The notes beneath the pieces are model-generated. The model ran no database searches. It had not been told where the DNA came from and saw only the letters and a program-made list of their open reading frames with translations. A stretch of 64,000 nucleotides of DNA, taken from Harriotta raleighana. Taxonomy: Eukaryota. Each line of letters opens with the position of its first letter. The first letter of the stretch is position 1. Below, one piece after another: positions 49,391-63,660 of this stretch. Made by a program: the position numbers and the translations under genes. Location: the NCBI GenBank assembly GCA_050575255.1, contig JBNZDD010013666.1:4252293-4316292 (forward strand), in the 5' to 3' direction.

Positions 49391-49722
49391 TCCTTGTTCT
49401 GGCCTTAGTGCCTTCAGGGGGAAATGTTCTAATCTGTTCAAACATTGCAGTACAGAAGGAAGCAATTAATAAGAAAATGCTCATCTGTTTCGCAGCCAGA
49501 CTTTTCCAATACACAATTTATTATATAAACACTTTCACGACGTCCTTTAAAATTTGCTTGCTGTGTCGGCTTGTTACTAATGTTACCATTAAACCATACC
49601 CCGAAGACAGCAATAAAGTTGGAATGCTAGGGCCCTTGCATCTTTAATCAAAGTGAATGCGTGTAATCTCGTTACTCTGGTCTCTCTTTTTTTATGAAAC
49701 TCGCAGAGTTTTACATGGCAGC

Positions 49723-49768
49723 TGTGTGTGTGTGTGTGTGTGTGTGCGCGTGCGTGTGTGCGTGTGTG
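49723..49768 (+). repeat. (TG)n/(CG) alternating purine-pyrimidine microsatellite
   Basis: Seen directly. Confidence 0.9.
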
Positions 49769-50175
49769 CAAATGGAATACTCATGCACGTTATTCTCATT
49801 AAGTCGGTTTTGTTTTATCATAGAAAGATTTGTTTTTCCTTTGCCAGTTGAGGATGCGGCAGGGGAAATTGCTCCATGGATACACAACTTATATCATGTA
49901 ACTCTATAATTGCTGCCGTGGAAGATCGGAGCAGGGTTTTTTTTTGCTTTTCTCCGCGTGCTGCCACAGTCCTAAGTAGGGTTTGAAATATGAAACACTA
50001 ATGAACCAAAAGGCATACATTTATTGAGGGGTTTAAACACACCAGGGTTGAGCTAAGTTTATTGCTGCAATTAAGATACTCTTAGATTTTGATTAAACAC
50101 TTCCTTACTTGTAATCATTTCTTACCCCCACATTGGCGGGTGGGGTGGTGGTGGGGGAATGTATTCTGTCTTCAC

Positions 50176-50499
50176 TCCTGTTACTCAATGGTTAGAGCAT
50201 TCGCCTTATAAGCGTGAGACCTGTGTTTGAATCCAGGCAGGTCAGGGCGAAACCTTGGGCAAGTTTCCTTACTCCACACACACGCCTAATAATAATGCGT
50301 CCCCCCAAAAAAACTACAATAATAAAAATTGGTCATTTTCAATCCACAACTGTTTGTGGGGACGCTGCTGTGCGCAATCAGCTGCCGAGTTTCATCCACA
50401 CGTATGCAGTCAATTCACTTTACAGTATATTCTGTGAAGTGCTTTGAGATGTCGATAAATTGCGAAAAGCGTTACATCAAATGCAAGGATTATTATTAT
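50176..50499 (+). mobile_element. Full-length SINE
   Basis: Head, body and tail. Confidence 0.9.
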
Positions 50500-52225
50500 T
50501 TTGTAGTTTGTTTTCTTTAGATTTTCCCACAGCACATGTAACTGAGGCTTTCAGATTTGCAGTGTACTGTACTGTACTATTTACACTTCAATCCCCACCT
50601 CCCAATAGATCAGAAAGCTAAAAGACTCGATCTGCTTTGAGTCCAGTTTAATGTACCGATCGGTGTGATGGGTGATGTGTAGTCTGAACGTAGCGTTCAT
50701 TGAGAGGTATTATCTGGCCTAGAATTGATTAGGGGCAAAATTTGATCCCGCCATATGGAGTATCCAAATGACTCCACCAACAACAATAACAACTTAGATT
50801 TATATGGCACCCTCCATGCCAGTCAGGGCCTCAGAGCTCCTGCTTAAAGTTGTTTTTCTTCATGTTATTTAATCGCTGTAGCTCTGAGCACCAGTTGAGT
50901 TTGTTTGTGTGGCAAAAGAGAAGCAAACCTTGGGACTTGAGTTAAGTGGGGACAAGGTGGTGACAAATTTCCTTTGTGTCCTGTCCTGTGTTAAGCAATA
51001 TGGAAACCGGCTTATCTATAATAATAATAATAATCCTTGCATTTGATATAGCGCTTAGTTAAGCGTTCGGTGGGGTTGTAGTAGTGGTGTGAAATGACAA
51101 CCTCAGGGTGCGGAGGAGAGGGGTGGGTTTTAGTCAGCTATTTGTAATGATTCGATGGTACAGGCAATCCCGGTGTGATGTGGGTAGTTCAGTTAGAATG
51201 GCATGATTTTCAAAAGGCTTTCAAAGAATTTTTTGAGCGGCTGAAAATGTAGGTTTGTGTAATGTATTCAGATGGCACAGAATAGTTGTCAGCCTGGCTG
51301 AAGAGCTGTATCTTTTAAGCAGGTATGATATGGAAGTATGTTTCAGTTGGATATACTACACTCAGGGTTACAAACTGTTCACTCGTGAATAATCACCTCA
51401 CCATGTAAAGCAGGGTTGAGTTGGAATGCGCAGAAGCAAAATGTTCTGCTAATAATACTGTAATAATAATAATTCTTGCATTTGATATAGTGCTTTGAGA
51501 TATATAAGAGATTAAAAACTAAATCTAAGTCGTTAGATTTACACTACATATTAAATCACTCTCTGCTCCTCACTTCCAGACTCTGCTCATTCTCTGAATA
51601 ACCCTCATGATAAATGTGCATTAGTACTATTAATATATTAGTCTGATATTGCTGTTCAGAGTCCGGATTTAAGAGCAAACGTTTTGTCCCCAATTTGGTG
51701 TGGTATTACCAACGCAATTTGTTGTTGGTGGTGTTGTTGTTGATCATAAATTAGCAGCTTCTGCTCAGGAGTGAACAAATCTCATTGGTCAACGGTGATT
51801 AGGAGCTCGTCCGTTCCTTCTGTACATTTCCTCAGTTGAGATATAGACAATGCATTTACATTTTATTTCTGCTGGAAATGGCCATGTCGTGTAATCTGTG
51901 AACAGTGCAGCACTGACGGGGGTTAAACGTTAGACTAGTTTAGTTTTTTTTGTGAACTGTTAGCTCTTAACTCTTACCAAACTGCTGTGACTGACTGAAT
52001 GAAAGGGCTGTGGAATTGTCATTTAAATGGAGTTTATGTAAGCGGTGTTGTCATTTATACTATTTATTTTTACCGTTGCTTTTTGTTTTAAAAAAATAGT
52101 TTTTCTTTCTGCTTCCTTTTTGCTTCCTTCCACGATTGCTTCCTTTTTGTATGGATAGCCTTGTCTTTCTAAAAGCAAAGTACTCTTCAGGGTTTCTTAA
52201 GAGTGAAATTTTTAAAATATATTAG

Positions 52226-52500
52226 AATAATCTTTGCATGTGATATAGCGCTTTTCATGTCTTCTAGATGTCTCAAAGCGCGTCACAGAACATACTGTAA
52301 AGTGAATTGACTGTATATTTGTGGGTGAAACGTGGCAGCCAATTGCACCCAGCAGCGTCCCCCACAAGCAGTCGTGGATTGAAATTATTGCTTTTTTTAT
52401 TGGAGGGATTATTATTAGGCGTTTGTGTGTGGAGTAAGGAATCTTACCCAAGGATTCGCTTTGACCTGCTTGGATTCGAAACACAGGTCTCACGCTTGTA
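52226..52500 (-). mobile_element. Near full-length SINE
   Basis: Reverse-complement family match. Confidence 0.9.
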
Positions 52501-53261
52501 AGAAACTATTTGCGATCCAGACAACTTTGGACACTAAACAGGAGGCTGCCATTTGCACTTGCTTTAATCCTCTTAGATAGCAGTTGCCATCGAGTTAGGA
52601 ATTTGCCAGTTTGCAGCAAGCAAGACAAGAGCAAGACAGTCTCCCGCAGTCGTACTCAGGGATGGAGTCACTTAATGTTTGACCATGTTGGCTTTCTGTA
52701 GCAGATAGCAATGTATTATTTAGCTTGCATGCTGTGCTTCACTAAGTGACATTCCTCTCTACAGCGCGAAATGCTAAAGAAACTTGGCCGGCTTTGAGAT
52801 TACACCCCGTTTCTAACCTTTTGATAAAATCCTCATGACTAAATAAACTGAAAGACCATAAATCTATCAAGCTGTTAGTAAAACTCGGTTCTTCGCTTGT
52901 ATGTGTGTGTGTGTAAAAAAAAGAGAGAGAGCGTCCGAAAAGGTAGGCACGTTTAGCTCTGCGGGAGAAGTCGTATTTTGTAAGCTCTTGATTTATTAGA
53001 AGCTAAACAGTCGAGGTTTTCCCCAATGAGATATTCTACGGTGGTAATAGGAGTTCAGCGAGTGGTTAATCCGCTCCCCTGCAGCAACTTGTTTAACCTC
53101 GCTGTGCAGCCGAGTGGCGAGACGGTATTTAGTTTCAATAAAAAATGGCGAAAGCGAAGCCACACAGACATCGCTCCGCATGTGCGTTATTTGCCAACAG
53201 TATCCCCCCTCTCCCCCTCCCACCAACAATAGGCCCTCGCAAGTCAGCAAGTCAGCTCTAC

Positions 53262-53577
53262 GTGGAGTTCAGTGATTACAGCACTCACCTTACAAGCGTG
53301 AGACCTGCATTCGAATCCAGGCAGATCAGGGCGAAACCTTGGAAAAGTTTCCTTACTCCACACTCACGCGCTGAATAATAATCCCTCAAAAAAAATACAT
53401 TAATAAAAATTAGTCATTTCAATCCACAACTGTTTGTGGGGGATGTTGCAATTGGCTGCCGCAATTCGCCCACAAATATACAGTCTGTTCACTTTCCAGT
53501 ATATTCTGTGAAGCTCTTTGGGACGTCGATAAGATGTGAAAAAGCGCTAAATTAAATGCAAAGATTATTATTATTAT
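53262..53577 (+). mobile_element. Full-length SINE
   Basis: Head, body and tail. Confidence 0.9.
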
Positions 53578-53827
53578 CAGGCCCTTGCGATACAATCAAA
53601 TTAAACGTGACTTCTGTAAAGTAAGTGAGAGGTCCTGGTGGACTGTTTTAACTCACTGCTGGTGGGTAACTGAGGCCTACGACACCAAAGGCCCTTCCTT
53701 CCAATTCTAGTTAGGCCAGCTCAGGATTGGCGTCCCCTGGTTAAACTCCAGCAATGCTCTTGTGCTCACTCACTTTGCGTTCCCTGTGACTTCTCATCAA
53801 CCTGTGCCTAATAGCTTTAGAATTAGA

Positions 53828-54185
53828 TAACAACAACAACAACAACAAAATTGCACTTGTATAGCGCCTTTCAAATCAGGGGACGTCCCATAGTCACTGC
53901 TTCAGATCTGAGCAGAGGACAGTGGGGGGGAGGGCAGGAGGCATTAGGAGTTGCCCAAGGGTCCATCAAAGAGGAGAGTCTTGAGGCGAGACTTGAAGGA
54001 GGCCAGGGAGGGTGCCAGACTGCGAGACGGAGTTCCAGAGGTTGATTGAGGGCAGTGGCTGAAGGCTCACGCACCAATGGTGGGGCAAGTGGGTCAGGGG
54101 ACGTTGAACGGCCCAGAGCCTGCTGAGCGGAAGGAGGGGGCGGGCACGTTGATAAGGGGTTAGGAGGTCACGGATGAATACAAAG
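53828..54185 (-). mobile_element. L2-clade LINE 3' fragment
   Basis: (CAA)n tail on the + strand; LWNS motif on the minus strand; homologous to 10940-11130. Confidence 0.82.
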
Positions 54186-54485
54186 GGCATCCCTTCCCTC
54201 CAGAGAGAGTGTCTATTCACAGTGGAGAAATTTCCCTGAATAGATGGCGTGGAACTGTATTGGGATAGGTTTCTGCTTGTGTCAGACACTCAGCTGATGA
54301 AAAGAATGACTGTTGGAGGGTTGTCTCTGGTTGATTGACCAAAATATATATCAATTGTTTCTCAGGAATGTGTGGGGTTTGTACCCTGCGAGTGTGGAGG
54401 GTAGCGGGGGAGAGAGCGGAAACAAAACTCTAAAGTGCTTTAGGCAGATTGGGTTTGTGGTGTTATTTTGCCCTGATGCTGCTCA

Positions 54486-54832
54486 ATAATAATAATAATA
54501 TACTAATAATAATCCTTGCATTTGATACAGTGCTTTCCACATCTTATCGACGTCCCAAAGCACTTCACAGAATATACTGTAAAGTGAATTGACTGTATAA
54601 TTGTGGGCGGAATGCGGCAGCCAATTGCGCACAGCAGCGTCCCCCACAAACAGTCATGGATTGAAACGACCAATTTTATTATTGTGTTTTTTTTTGAGGG
54701 ATTATTATTAGGCATGTGTGTGTGTGTGGAGTAAGGAAACTTGCCCAAGGTTTCGCCCTGACCTGCCTGGATTCGAACACTGGTCTCATGCTTGTAAGGC
54801 AAGTGCTCTAACCACTGAGCCACAGGAGCTCC
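54486..54832 (-). mobile_element. Full-length SINE (a + strand tail fragment follows at 54885-54995)
   Basis: Reverse-complement family match. Confidence 0.92.
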
Positions 54833-56322
54833 AAATGGTTTAATATCTTAGCAGTTCTTGAGTTTTTTTTAATAGACATATATATATTTTGCCTACAAAT
54901 ATACAGTCAATTCACTTTACAGTATATTCTGTGAAGCGCTTTGAGGCGTCTAGAAGATGTGAAAAGCGCTATATCAAAAATTCAAGGATTATTATATGCA
55001 TTATATCTATCTATATACCCGTTAAATGTTTTCCTTCAATAGGTTAAAATTCACCCAGTGTCTCTCAAACAGCATAACTTCAGGAATTGACTGTGAATTA
55101 TCGTTGAAGGCAAATGTCATTATCTGGCCCGGTTGTCAAGTGAACTGGAGCCTCCCCACTTATTTCACTGATAATTCTGTTAATATTCAGCCTTGGCAGA
55201 GCAGTTAGCAGTGATCATTCTCACATTATCTCCTCTTACCACTCAAGCTTCTGATGGTAATTGAAAGTAAACACTCATTCTAATGCTTGTTCACACCTTT
55301 TTACTGTCATCTTCTGTGACAGATGAGTTGATAGTGGATTATTTACCTACTTGCATACATGGGTCACTATGATAAACCATCGCAAGATCTGAGTGAGCGA
55401 TTGACATTGTTTGAGCATTTTGATGACTAATAATTTAATTACTTGCAGTTTAACCATTAGAAGGCATTGATACCAGTCATGAATGTGCAGTTTATTAAGC
55501 CCAATGCCCAGTACTTTACATACTTTGATTCTAATAACAATTTGGTCACTCAATCCATGACTGTTTGTGGGGACAATTCAGAGCGCAATTGGCTGCCGTG
55601 ATTCAACGACAAAACATACAATTATTATTACTATTCCACTCAACACAGATTAATGTTCAATTTACAAGCTCGGAGCAAAAACCATGATGAGGTGTGTAGG
55701 TAGACTCTATAACACTAAACTACAAGGATATTTCTAATTGGAATATGTTTCCTCTCGCTCTGCAAAACATCTGAATAGAATTATCTCCCCCCCTGCCCCC
55801 CCACACCCCAATCTCCTTTAAATCATAACAGCGTTAGAAGCAAAAGAGTAGGAGCAAAGCCCCTTCATTATTCATACTGCCCGTTCATCAAAAAGGATGT
55901 AATAAAAAGGGTATTTTCTGTCTTTAGAGAGGAAACTTGAAACTATATACCTCTTATGTATTGTGTTCTGGTGAAGATTTAGTGTATTTAGATGATCCAC
56001 ATTATGCATTTAAGAATTGAAGCACCCAAATCATTATTATTTTAAGCGTTTGATAAAAAAAATGTTCTGAATAAACTCTTGCTACATACACTTTTGTCAT
56101 TCTGCTTTACAATATGCAGCATTGGAAACTGGCAGACAATCTTTCCCGATGTTATATGATAGACGGGGGCGGATCCAGGATTTGGGGAATGAGGGGGCAG
56201 AGTCTGACTTCAAAAGGGCTGGTAAAGTAATATTTACTATACTCTGATGTCCCTACAGTACTTACACACACCATCAAAGGAAGGTTATGTGGGCCAAATT
56301 GTTAATGATAATACCATATACA

Positions 56323-56650
56323 GGAATCCTGTAGCTCGGTGGTTAGAGCACTCGGCTCACAAGCGAGAGACCTGGGTTCCATTCCCAGCAGGTCAGGGCT
56401 AAACCGTGGGCATGTTTCCTTATTCCACAAGCCTGATAATAATCCCTCAAAAAAACATTAGTAATTTGAACACTCAGTTCATAACTGTTTGTGGGTCACT
56501 GCTGTGCGCAATTGGCTGCCGTGTCTTCTAGATGTCTCAAAGTGCTTCACAGAATATACTGTAAAGTGAATAGACTATATCTATGGGCAAAACGCGGCAG
56601 CCATTGCGCACAGCAGTGTCCCCCACAAACAGTCGTGGATTGAGTGACCA
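56323..56650. mobile_element. Two fused SINE pieces, + (56323-56522) and - (56523-56650)
   Basis: Orientation switches at about 56523; the central domain is present in both pieces. Confidence 0.85.
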
Positions 56651-57358
56651 AAATATTGACCTCAAGACCTTTAGAACATCTTACAGTTTATTTGGTAATT
56701 CCATATGAGCAGAATATGATACTTAATGTAACTGATGGCACAAATATAGTTTGTTTTGTGTTTTTATATGGTGAGTGATCTTGATTTGTGGTCGTTGTAG
56801 GCAGTTTTACCATGTGAGTTCTGAATTTAAATTGGAATTGACTCTTGTCTACATTATATTGGGGTATCTTTATTTTTAAAAGTGATATCTCTTAGAATGC
56901 TTTCTCACCCGTTTGTACATGTCAGAGGAGTACAGATAGAGAATTGAAGAATTTTGTGGACAAAAAGAATTGTTTCTGTGGTTAAAAAAAGATGTTTAAT
57001 TACTGCACATCAGGATGTTTGAGGGATTATACGAACCAACTAATACATCAATTAAATTACAAGATTAGCATAGAATGGACTCAAAAATATCACTTGTAGA
57101 TTGGATAATTTAGGCGACCGATGCATGTAAATTGTAGTTGCTGGAAATGCGTGCAGAGAGAATGTAGTTTGAAACAACACTGTGAAGAAAATTGTGCAAG
57201 AGAGGTTGCTTACTTTGGGGTAGAAATTACCTGCAATTTTCAGATGTAAATGTATGAGAATATATAGTACCTTTATTATAGGCTACAGTTATTATTATTG
57301 TAGGATTTTCTTTTTAGTCAGCGAGATATCTGACACATGCAGAAAGAAATACATCACT

Positions 57359-57500
57359 ATAATAATAATCCTTGAATTTGATGTAGCGCTTTTCACGTCT
57401 CAAAGCCCTTCAGAGAATATACTGTAAAGTGAATTGACGGCATATTTGTGGGCGAAATGCGGCAGCCAATCGTGCACAGCAGCGACCCCCACAAACAGTA
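57359..57500 (-). mobile_element. SINE 3' fragment
   Basis: Reverse-complement tail. Confidence 0.85.
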
Positions 57501-57942
57501 ATAATAACATTCAGAATAATAAATCAACCTGCTTAAGAGAATCAAACCGAGAATTCCATTCTCCCACCTCTACGTGAAAATTCCAGAGATGTTTATCAGA
57601 AAGGAATTCAAACTCTTTCCCTGCACACACATCCTGCTTATCTAATTACAGAAAGTATTTGGTGCATGTTGGCAAGAACTAAGGCACTCCCAAGATTCAA
57701 GTGTGTGTGTTTGTTCTGTGTGTCTAACCAGCTAAACTCATGTAGCTTGCCATTGAAAGCTCAGTCTAACTAAGCTTTCCCGTTGCTGGTCCAACTATGA
57801 CTATCCAGGGCTTTGGCTACAGGGTTCACAGGAGCTGTAGTGGGAAGATTCCCTGCCCCCCAGTGATGGGTCTGCCCTTTCCAGGTCCTGCTGATGAGCT
57901 AGGGCTGGGGCTATCATCAGCAGTGAGAGCGAGATCCCTGGA

Positions 57943-58101
57943 TAATAATAATACAGTAATAATAATCCTTGCATTTGATGTAGCATTTTTCACATTTTCT
58001 AGACGTCTCAAAGCGCTTCACACTATAAAGTGAATTCACTGTATATTCGTGGGGCGAAATGCGGCAGCCAATTGTGCACAGCAGCGTCCCCACAAACAGT
58101 C
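57943..58101 (-). mobile_element. SINE 3' fragment
   Basis: Reverse-complement tail. Confidence 0.85.
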
Positions 58102-58324
58102 AAAATGGACCCAGACTAGAGACTGTCACAGAGAGGGGCTGGGGCTCGATTCTGTATTCCGTTGGCAAACATGACAATTCAGCTCCAAGGAACCCTTGCT
58201 TATCTCCTGGCCTTGTCGAGGAGGAGGGAAGTTACAGTGGAGATAAATCATCTGATGTTAACAATTGTACCCCTTGCTGGTGTCTTAACGCTTCATTATT
58301 TTTTTTCCTTCTTCTTTTTCACAG

Positions 58325-58396
58325 GGTGCAAAGAAACTCTGTCCACAGTGCAACACCATCACATCCCCTGGAGATCTTAGACGTGTGTATTTGTGA
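58325..58396 (+). CDS. RNF220: RNF220 last coding exon (end of the RING finger, stop codon)
   Basis: ttcacag|GGT GCA...; GAKKLCPQCNTITSPGDLRRVYL then TGA. Confidence 0.98.
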   Translation, partial: GAKKLCPQCNTITSPGDLRRVYL

Positions 58397-60200
58397 AGGG
58401 CTTGGGGGAGGGGGGGTGGTGGGGGGGTGGGGGTTGGGAGAGGAGAAGGGGACGGGGGGGTGTGTGGGGATGGATGGAAAGGCCCCGTCATCGTGAAGCC
58501 TAGCTAGTTGCAAAAAACCTCCCGACAGGAAGAAAAACGAGAGCCTCTTCACGAACACTTGTGGGTGGCACCAACCAAAAGCCGACAAATATTCTGTTTT
58601 GGAAGGAGAGAAGCGTCCCAGCCGGGAAGGAGAACCTGATAATAAGCTGTTTGTTGTATTAATTTTAAAAAAGCATCCTACCCCGCCCTGCCCCACCCCA
58701 CCCCGCAATTTATCAGATGGATTGACTGACGCCCAGAGAACGCACAAACTCCTACGTGTAAACCCTAGTGGCTGGAGCTGTGATTACCAAGAGACCTTCT
58801 GGGGCTGTGCATTGTGAATGGACCTGTACTGTGTTCTATTGTGGTGTTAGTAACAAAAAAAACAAAAACGAAAGATGAAGCACATGTAATATAAATTATG
58901 TATGTTTACACCATTGATTGTGTATAAATGGAATAGACTTATGAACAGTGCATACTGATAAGTCCTTAATTGTTTTCAAAGAGAGAGAGAGAAAAAAAAC
59001 CCGAACTGAGGTACATTAAACCCACAGTATTTTTTACCCAGGCTGTCAGATTTAAATGTCTTTAGCTGTTGGTTAAAAAAAATCTGGTTTAATGAATGAT
59101 TTGTGGTGTATATTTCTTCATTCAAGTTCAAGTAACAGCTTCAGTAACGGCTGTAGTAAATACCCATAACTTAAATACTAAAGAATATAGACAAGTCGGC
59201 TTGTCTTAGTTGTTAACAAATGGGCTATTTGTTCTAGAAGCCTGACCCATTTAAAATATCAGGCAACCGCAGCAGCCTCCACCAGTGGGGAGAATTAGCC
59301 CGAGGCCTACATACAGGCAGCGGTCAGTCCCTGAGGTGAGAGCTGTGTTAGTTCTTGTGGACCAGCAGTGTGTGCTGTGTGTCTGTTGTACCAGAATATG
59401 TAATCAGTTATAATGTTTGTTATTCATGTGAAAAGTCCTGGACATACTGAGGAACTGGAAAGTAGATTTTTTATTTTTTTTTGTTTTGTTGTTGAAAGGG
59501 TGGCAGTGTTTTTTTGCAGGGGGAGAAATGCAGTGATTCTGCAATGAACAGCCGACCCGCAACGCTCGACAGCGGACGCCTCCGCTCCGCGCAAAGGAAA
59601 AGCTGATTGAATAGGCTGACAACAACTCTCCTCCTCCTCCGAAAGAAAGAAATATCCTCAGCATTTACCAATTGCAAAAGATGTATACAGTCCACCCTCA
59701 AAAGTGGTTGGACTCTTTTTGTCTCCCGGTTCTCCTTTCGTACCACATTTACGCTGTGTTTCTGGGAAAGTCACTGAACGTGCACCTCTCACATGGGAAA
59801 TGCTTAGCTTCCAAGGACGGCATTGCCAAGGAGGGTGAAGTGAACTCAATGGGTTAGTGCAGGGTAATGGGATCTGAGGAAAGACCTGAAAATGACTGTA
59901 TCTATCAGCGGTGTTTCAACAACAAAAAAACCCCGCACATTCAGTGCCCCAAAAGTGGTAATAAGGTCACCATTAAAACCTTTTGACGTAGATTGGATGC
60001 AGTTGCAATCTCAATTTTTTCTCTCGTTCCTTTAGTGGCTGGTTGCCATTTTAATCTTTCCAGTCATCCCCCACCCCCTGAATGCTGGACTTTTTAATTT
60101 TTTTTTTCACCACCGCCGTTTGTGTAACATGGTGTTTACTGGAGATTTCCACAAACACACTGGTGTTTCCTAATTTAAAAAGAGTTCAAAGTTCTTGCAG

Positions 60201-60206
60201 AATAAA
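60201..60206 (+). terminator. Candidate proximal polyadenylation signal
   Basis: AATAAA followed by GU-rich sequence (tgtggttgtctgtg...ttgttgattt). Confidence 0.4.
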
Positions 60207-62249
60207 ATGTGGTTGTCTGTGCTAGTGCAGAACCAATTGTTGATTTAATTGTAAGGTGTAAAAACTCTCAGATGACTCTCTGTTTGTTGCTTATTATTAG
60301 GGAATTGCTTTAAAAGGTAGATTCACACGGCTTGTTCTCTTACACTATTAATGCAATGCGGAAGGGTTCTTGACTGTTACCAATTGCTAGAAGTCTAGGT
60401 GCTGGCACTCTCAGAAAACTGCAAACGCATCTCCCTGGTTAATTTGGCATTGCGTGTCAGAGACTCACACACAGTGCTGTCAGCGGTGGGTGAGAACAGG
60501 GGTCAGTTGGGAAGATGGAATGTCTTGTTCTGTCTTTGATACTTCAACTTTCCTCAGTGAAATGAGTTGCTGCTCTCAACAGTTCCCAGTGGAAGCAAGT
60601 CCACGATTCAAAAGTGCCCACACTCAACTAATACTGTTTTATGTTCACCCTCCACCTCCCCCTCCCCCTCCCCTCCACCATTCAATCACACAAAATATTC
60701 TGTTGACAACTATCGAGTACTGTATGTATGTTAAGTAGCAGCTTTGGAAGGAAAGATAGACTTTGACAACAAAAAAAATTGTTATCTTTAAAAAGCTGTA
60801 GATGTCCTGTGTATGATTCGAGATTAATCACTTGCCTTTACATCTCCTGATATTGAGCTAAAATACTGACGTTTAGGGTATAATTGAATTTCTGATAAAA
60901 TGCATACACCTGCTTATTTACACACTTTTTGTTGTGTAAACATGTATTGTTGGGCGGATGATACACTAAGTTGCTGCCAAGTCATTTATTCCCCTGTGGA
61001 TGGATCGAATTGTAACTAATAGCAATCACTATATGCAGTGAATAGGGCACATTGAGATAGGTTCTAAGCATGTATGTATTTGGGCCTTTAGAAACCTTTT
61101 TTGTGTGTTCTTTGACTTCCGTGGAATTCTTCCTTCACTAATTTCTCCCATTCTCTTTGACGTCTGAGTAAATGTATTCTGTTCCTTCTTTCGGTCGAAA
61201 GGCTGTTTTTTTTTCTCTCCTTCCATCCCCCCCTGCCCCCCCGAAAAAAAAATATATCATTCGTACAACCGGTTTGTGAATGCGCAGATTGCTAAAATGT
61301 AATGGGATTAAAGACTTGGCAAATATCTAGGTGTACGTTTGAAATAAGCCAACACGGATTGAAAGTTTGGCCGTTTGTGTTTTTCATTTCCTTTAAAACA
61401 TCTCGTAGGTGATACCTTCATTCACTGAAGTGGACGTGTGCCTTCCTCCAGTGTAACTGAAGCCGTCTTGTCAGACGATACACTAAAGTTAAACAGGTAC
61501 AATTATCCTCTATCCCTAACACAAGGCTGCCATAGCATTATTTGTGGCTATTTGTTCCAGAATTCCTTGCCATCAAAAGAATAATATGAGCTAAATACTC
61601 TTAAAAACCCTTCAGACACTCGCCTCGCAATCCATTCCTTAAACCGTAGCACGTTATTGATGTTTCTTTTTTTCCCCCCCACCAAAAAAATAAAGTATAT
61701 AAACTTTCAATCCTTATGAATTTTCATCCAATTTTGTGCTGGAGAGTTCGAAGAATAGATTACCCAAAGTGTAAGTGTGTGTGTGAGGCAGAGAGATTCA
61801 CACCAGAGACTGAAAATATCTTTTGTGTTCATTCCCGGAACATGCTTTGTTTAATTTCATGGGATAATTCAAAGATTTGTTGGCTGCTCCATGCAAACCA
61901 TTATTTGTTTGCAATCCCTAGATGCTATTTTGGCTTTTACGAGACTAGCCTAATAAAACCTTCACGGATGAGTGTCGGGGTTGCATAATACTATATACAT
62001 GCAAGGAACGGGCCCACTACAGAAAGCAATAGAATTTTATTTAACCTTGTGTTCCTCAATATTTTTTTATATGACATTCGTATGTTTTTACTTAGCTAGA
62101 GTTTCTAAGGATCTTTTTCCGAAGTAAAATACCTTACCTTGTCACTGCTTAAATCATCCTCAAATGTGGCACTATTTCAGATGGAAGGATTTAAAAAAAT
62201 AAGATGTTGATGTGTACATTGCCTTTCAAACCCCAACAGAAGGGTGAGG

Positions 62250-62335
62250 AATAATAATAATAATATTAATAATAATCCTTGCACTTGAGATGTATTCAAA
62301 GCGCTTCACAGAATATAGTGTAAAGTGAATTGCCT
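62250..62335 (-). mobile_element. Short SINE tail fragment
   Basis: (AAT)n ccttgca...aagcgcttcacagaatata. Confidence 0.75.
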
Positions 62336-63654
62336 ATATTATACTTTGTACCATTTACACTTAGGCAGAGTATGGGTCTCATCACCCCCAAACCCTGACA
62401 TGGATCGAGTCACACACACTCTCCACCCTCTGCTGTCTCTGTTGCCCTGGATACGCATGGTTTACGTCCAAGGTTAGACCTTGGATTGATTCTCGGTCTC
62501 GGGTCAAATATCCCTTTTGTAGACACAGTCTGTCTTTCCTGCACTTGATCAACTCTGATTGGACTCCTGATGTTGGACTCTGACACTCAGCCCATTTGCT
62601 GCTGAAAATGGTGGGGATAAAAGTTCTTACCCTCTTCTTGTTTTTCCATGTTCCCTCAGTTTTTTTCCCCCCCTTCCCCCACATTCCCTCCCTCGTACCA
62701 AATACTAGCACAGTTCCTCAGGTAAACTATTCTATTGATTTAAGTAGGTGGAGAATTATTGACATTAAAATAAACGGGAACCTTATATGATGATATGGCA
62801 AACCTAGACTCTGGAATGGAATTTTCTCCCATTTATTGTAATCACCCGCCTGCCAATGCACCCACCCACCCAACCGATCGCTAGAGTTAAATCAGAACGC
62901 TCACAGAGAGAATCCATCCACTTCCACTGAACAGTTTGCTCAGTCGGCTACATTTCTGCTCTGTCTGAATGTCGGTGAGTTCAGATAGTCTTCGAGTCGA
63001 GGTTTAATTGAGATTTCTTTGTGAAACGGGTTCCCATATTGGAGCCCAGCTGCCGGCTAATTTTCAAACCAATGTGGAGAATGTCAGGTAGGGGCTGATG
63101 ATGGGGCCACGGCTCGCGAGATGGTCACCCGTGTAAAGTATGAGGATTCCAAAGTCTTTACAATATATTCAAAAGAAAAAATCTTAAGCGCGAAACAAAA
63201 CAAAAAATGAGGCCAAAGATGTAACAAGTTAAAACAACATTTTACGAGTATGCTTTTACCCCCATCCCCCACCACCTCCTGTCTCCCCCCCCCCCCCNNN
63301 NNNNNNNNNNNNNGCAAACGACTTGTCCCTGCCCCCCGCACCCCACCCAAAAAATAATAATCTTGTGCATTCAAAAAAATGTCTTCCCGACCCCCCCCCC
63401 CCCCCCCCCCCCCCACCCCGTTAAACAGTTAAACAGCAGGACTGTGTTGTGGGTAAGACAAGGCTACTGTAAGGTTGAGTGATTTAACCACCCCTGTCTG
63501 GTTTGCGATGTAAAGTTTATGCATTCTGTGACGTTGGCATAGACCGAAAGCCTTTTATTGTAGAATTTGCGCTTTTATTGTGTCTCCGTGTGAAGCCTGT
63601 ACCTTAAAGTATTGGATTTCTGAGTCTTGCTGTTGAAATACTTGTAAAGAAAAT

Positions 63655-63660
63655 AATAAA
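63655..63660 (+). terminator. Candidate distal polyadenylation signal
   Basis: AATAAA preceded by UGUA motifs (63597, 63642) and followed by U-rich sequence. Confidence 0.45.

Noticed and set aside
76-54823. Recurrent ORF family (…IHFTVYSVKRFETSRRCEKRYIKCKDYY) resembling a multigene peptide family
   Set aside because: These are translations of the same SINE; starts and frames vary and no coding constraint is evident.
56165-56198. GGGGCGGATCCAGGATTT, resembling a Harbinger-type terminal repeat
   Set aside because: No partner TIR or TSD found; too short to call.
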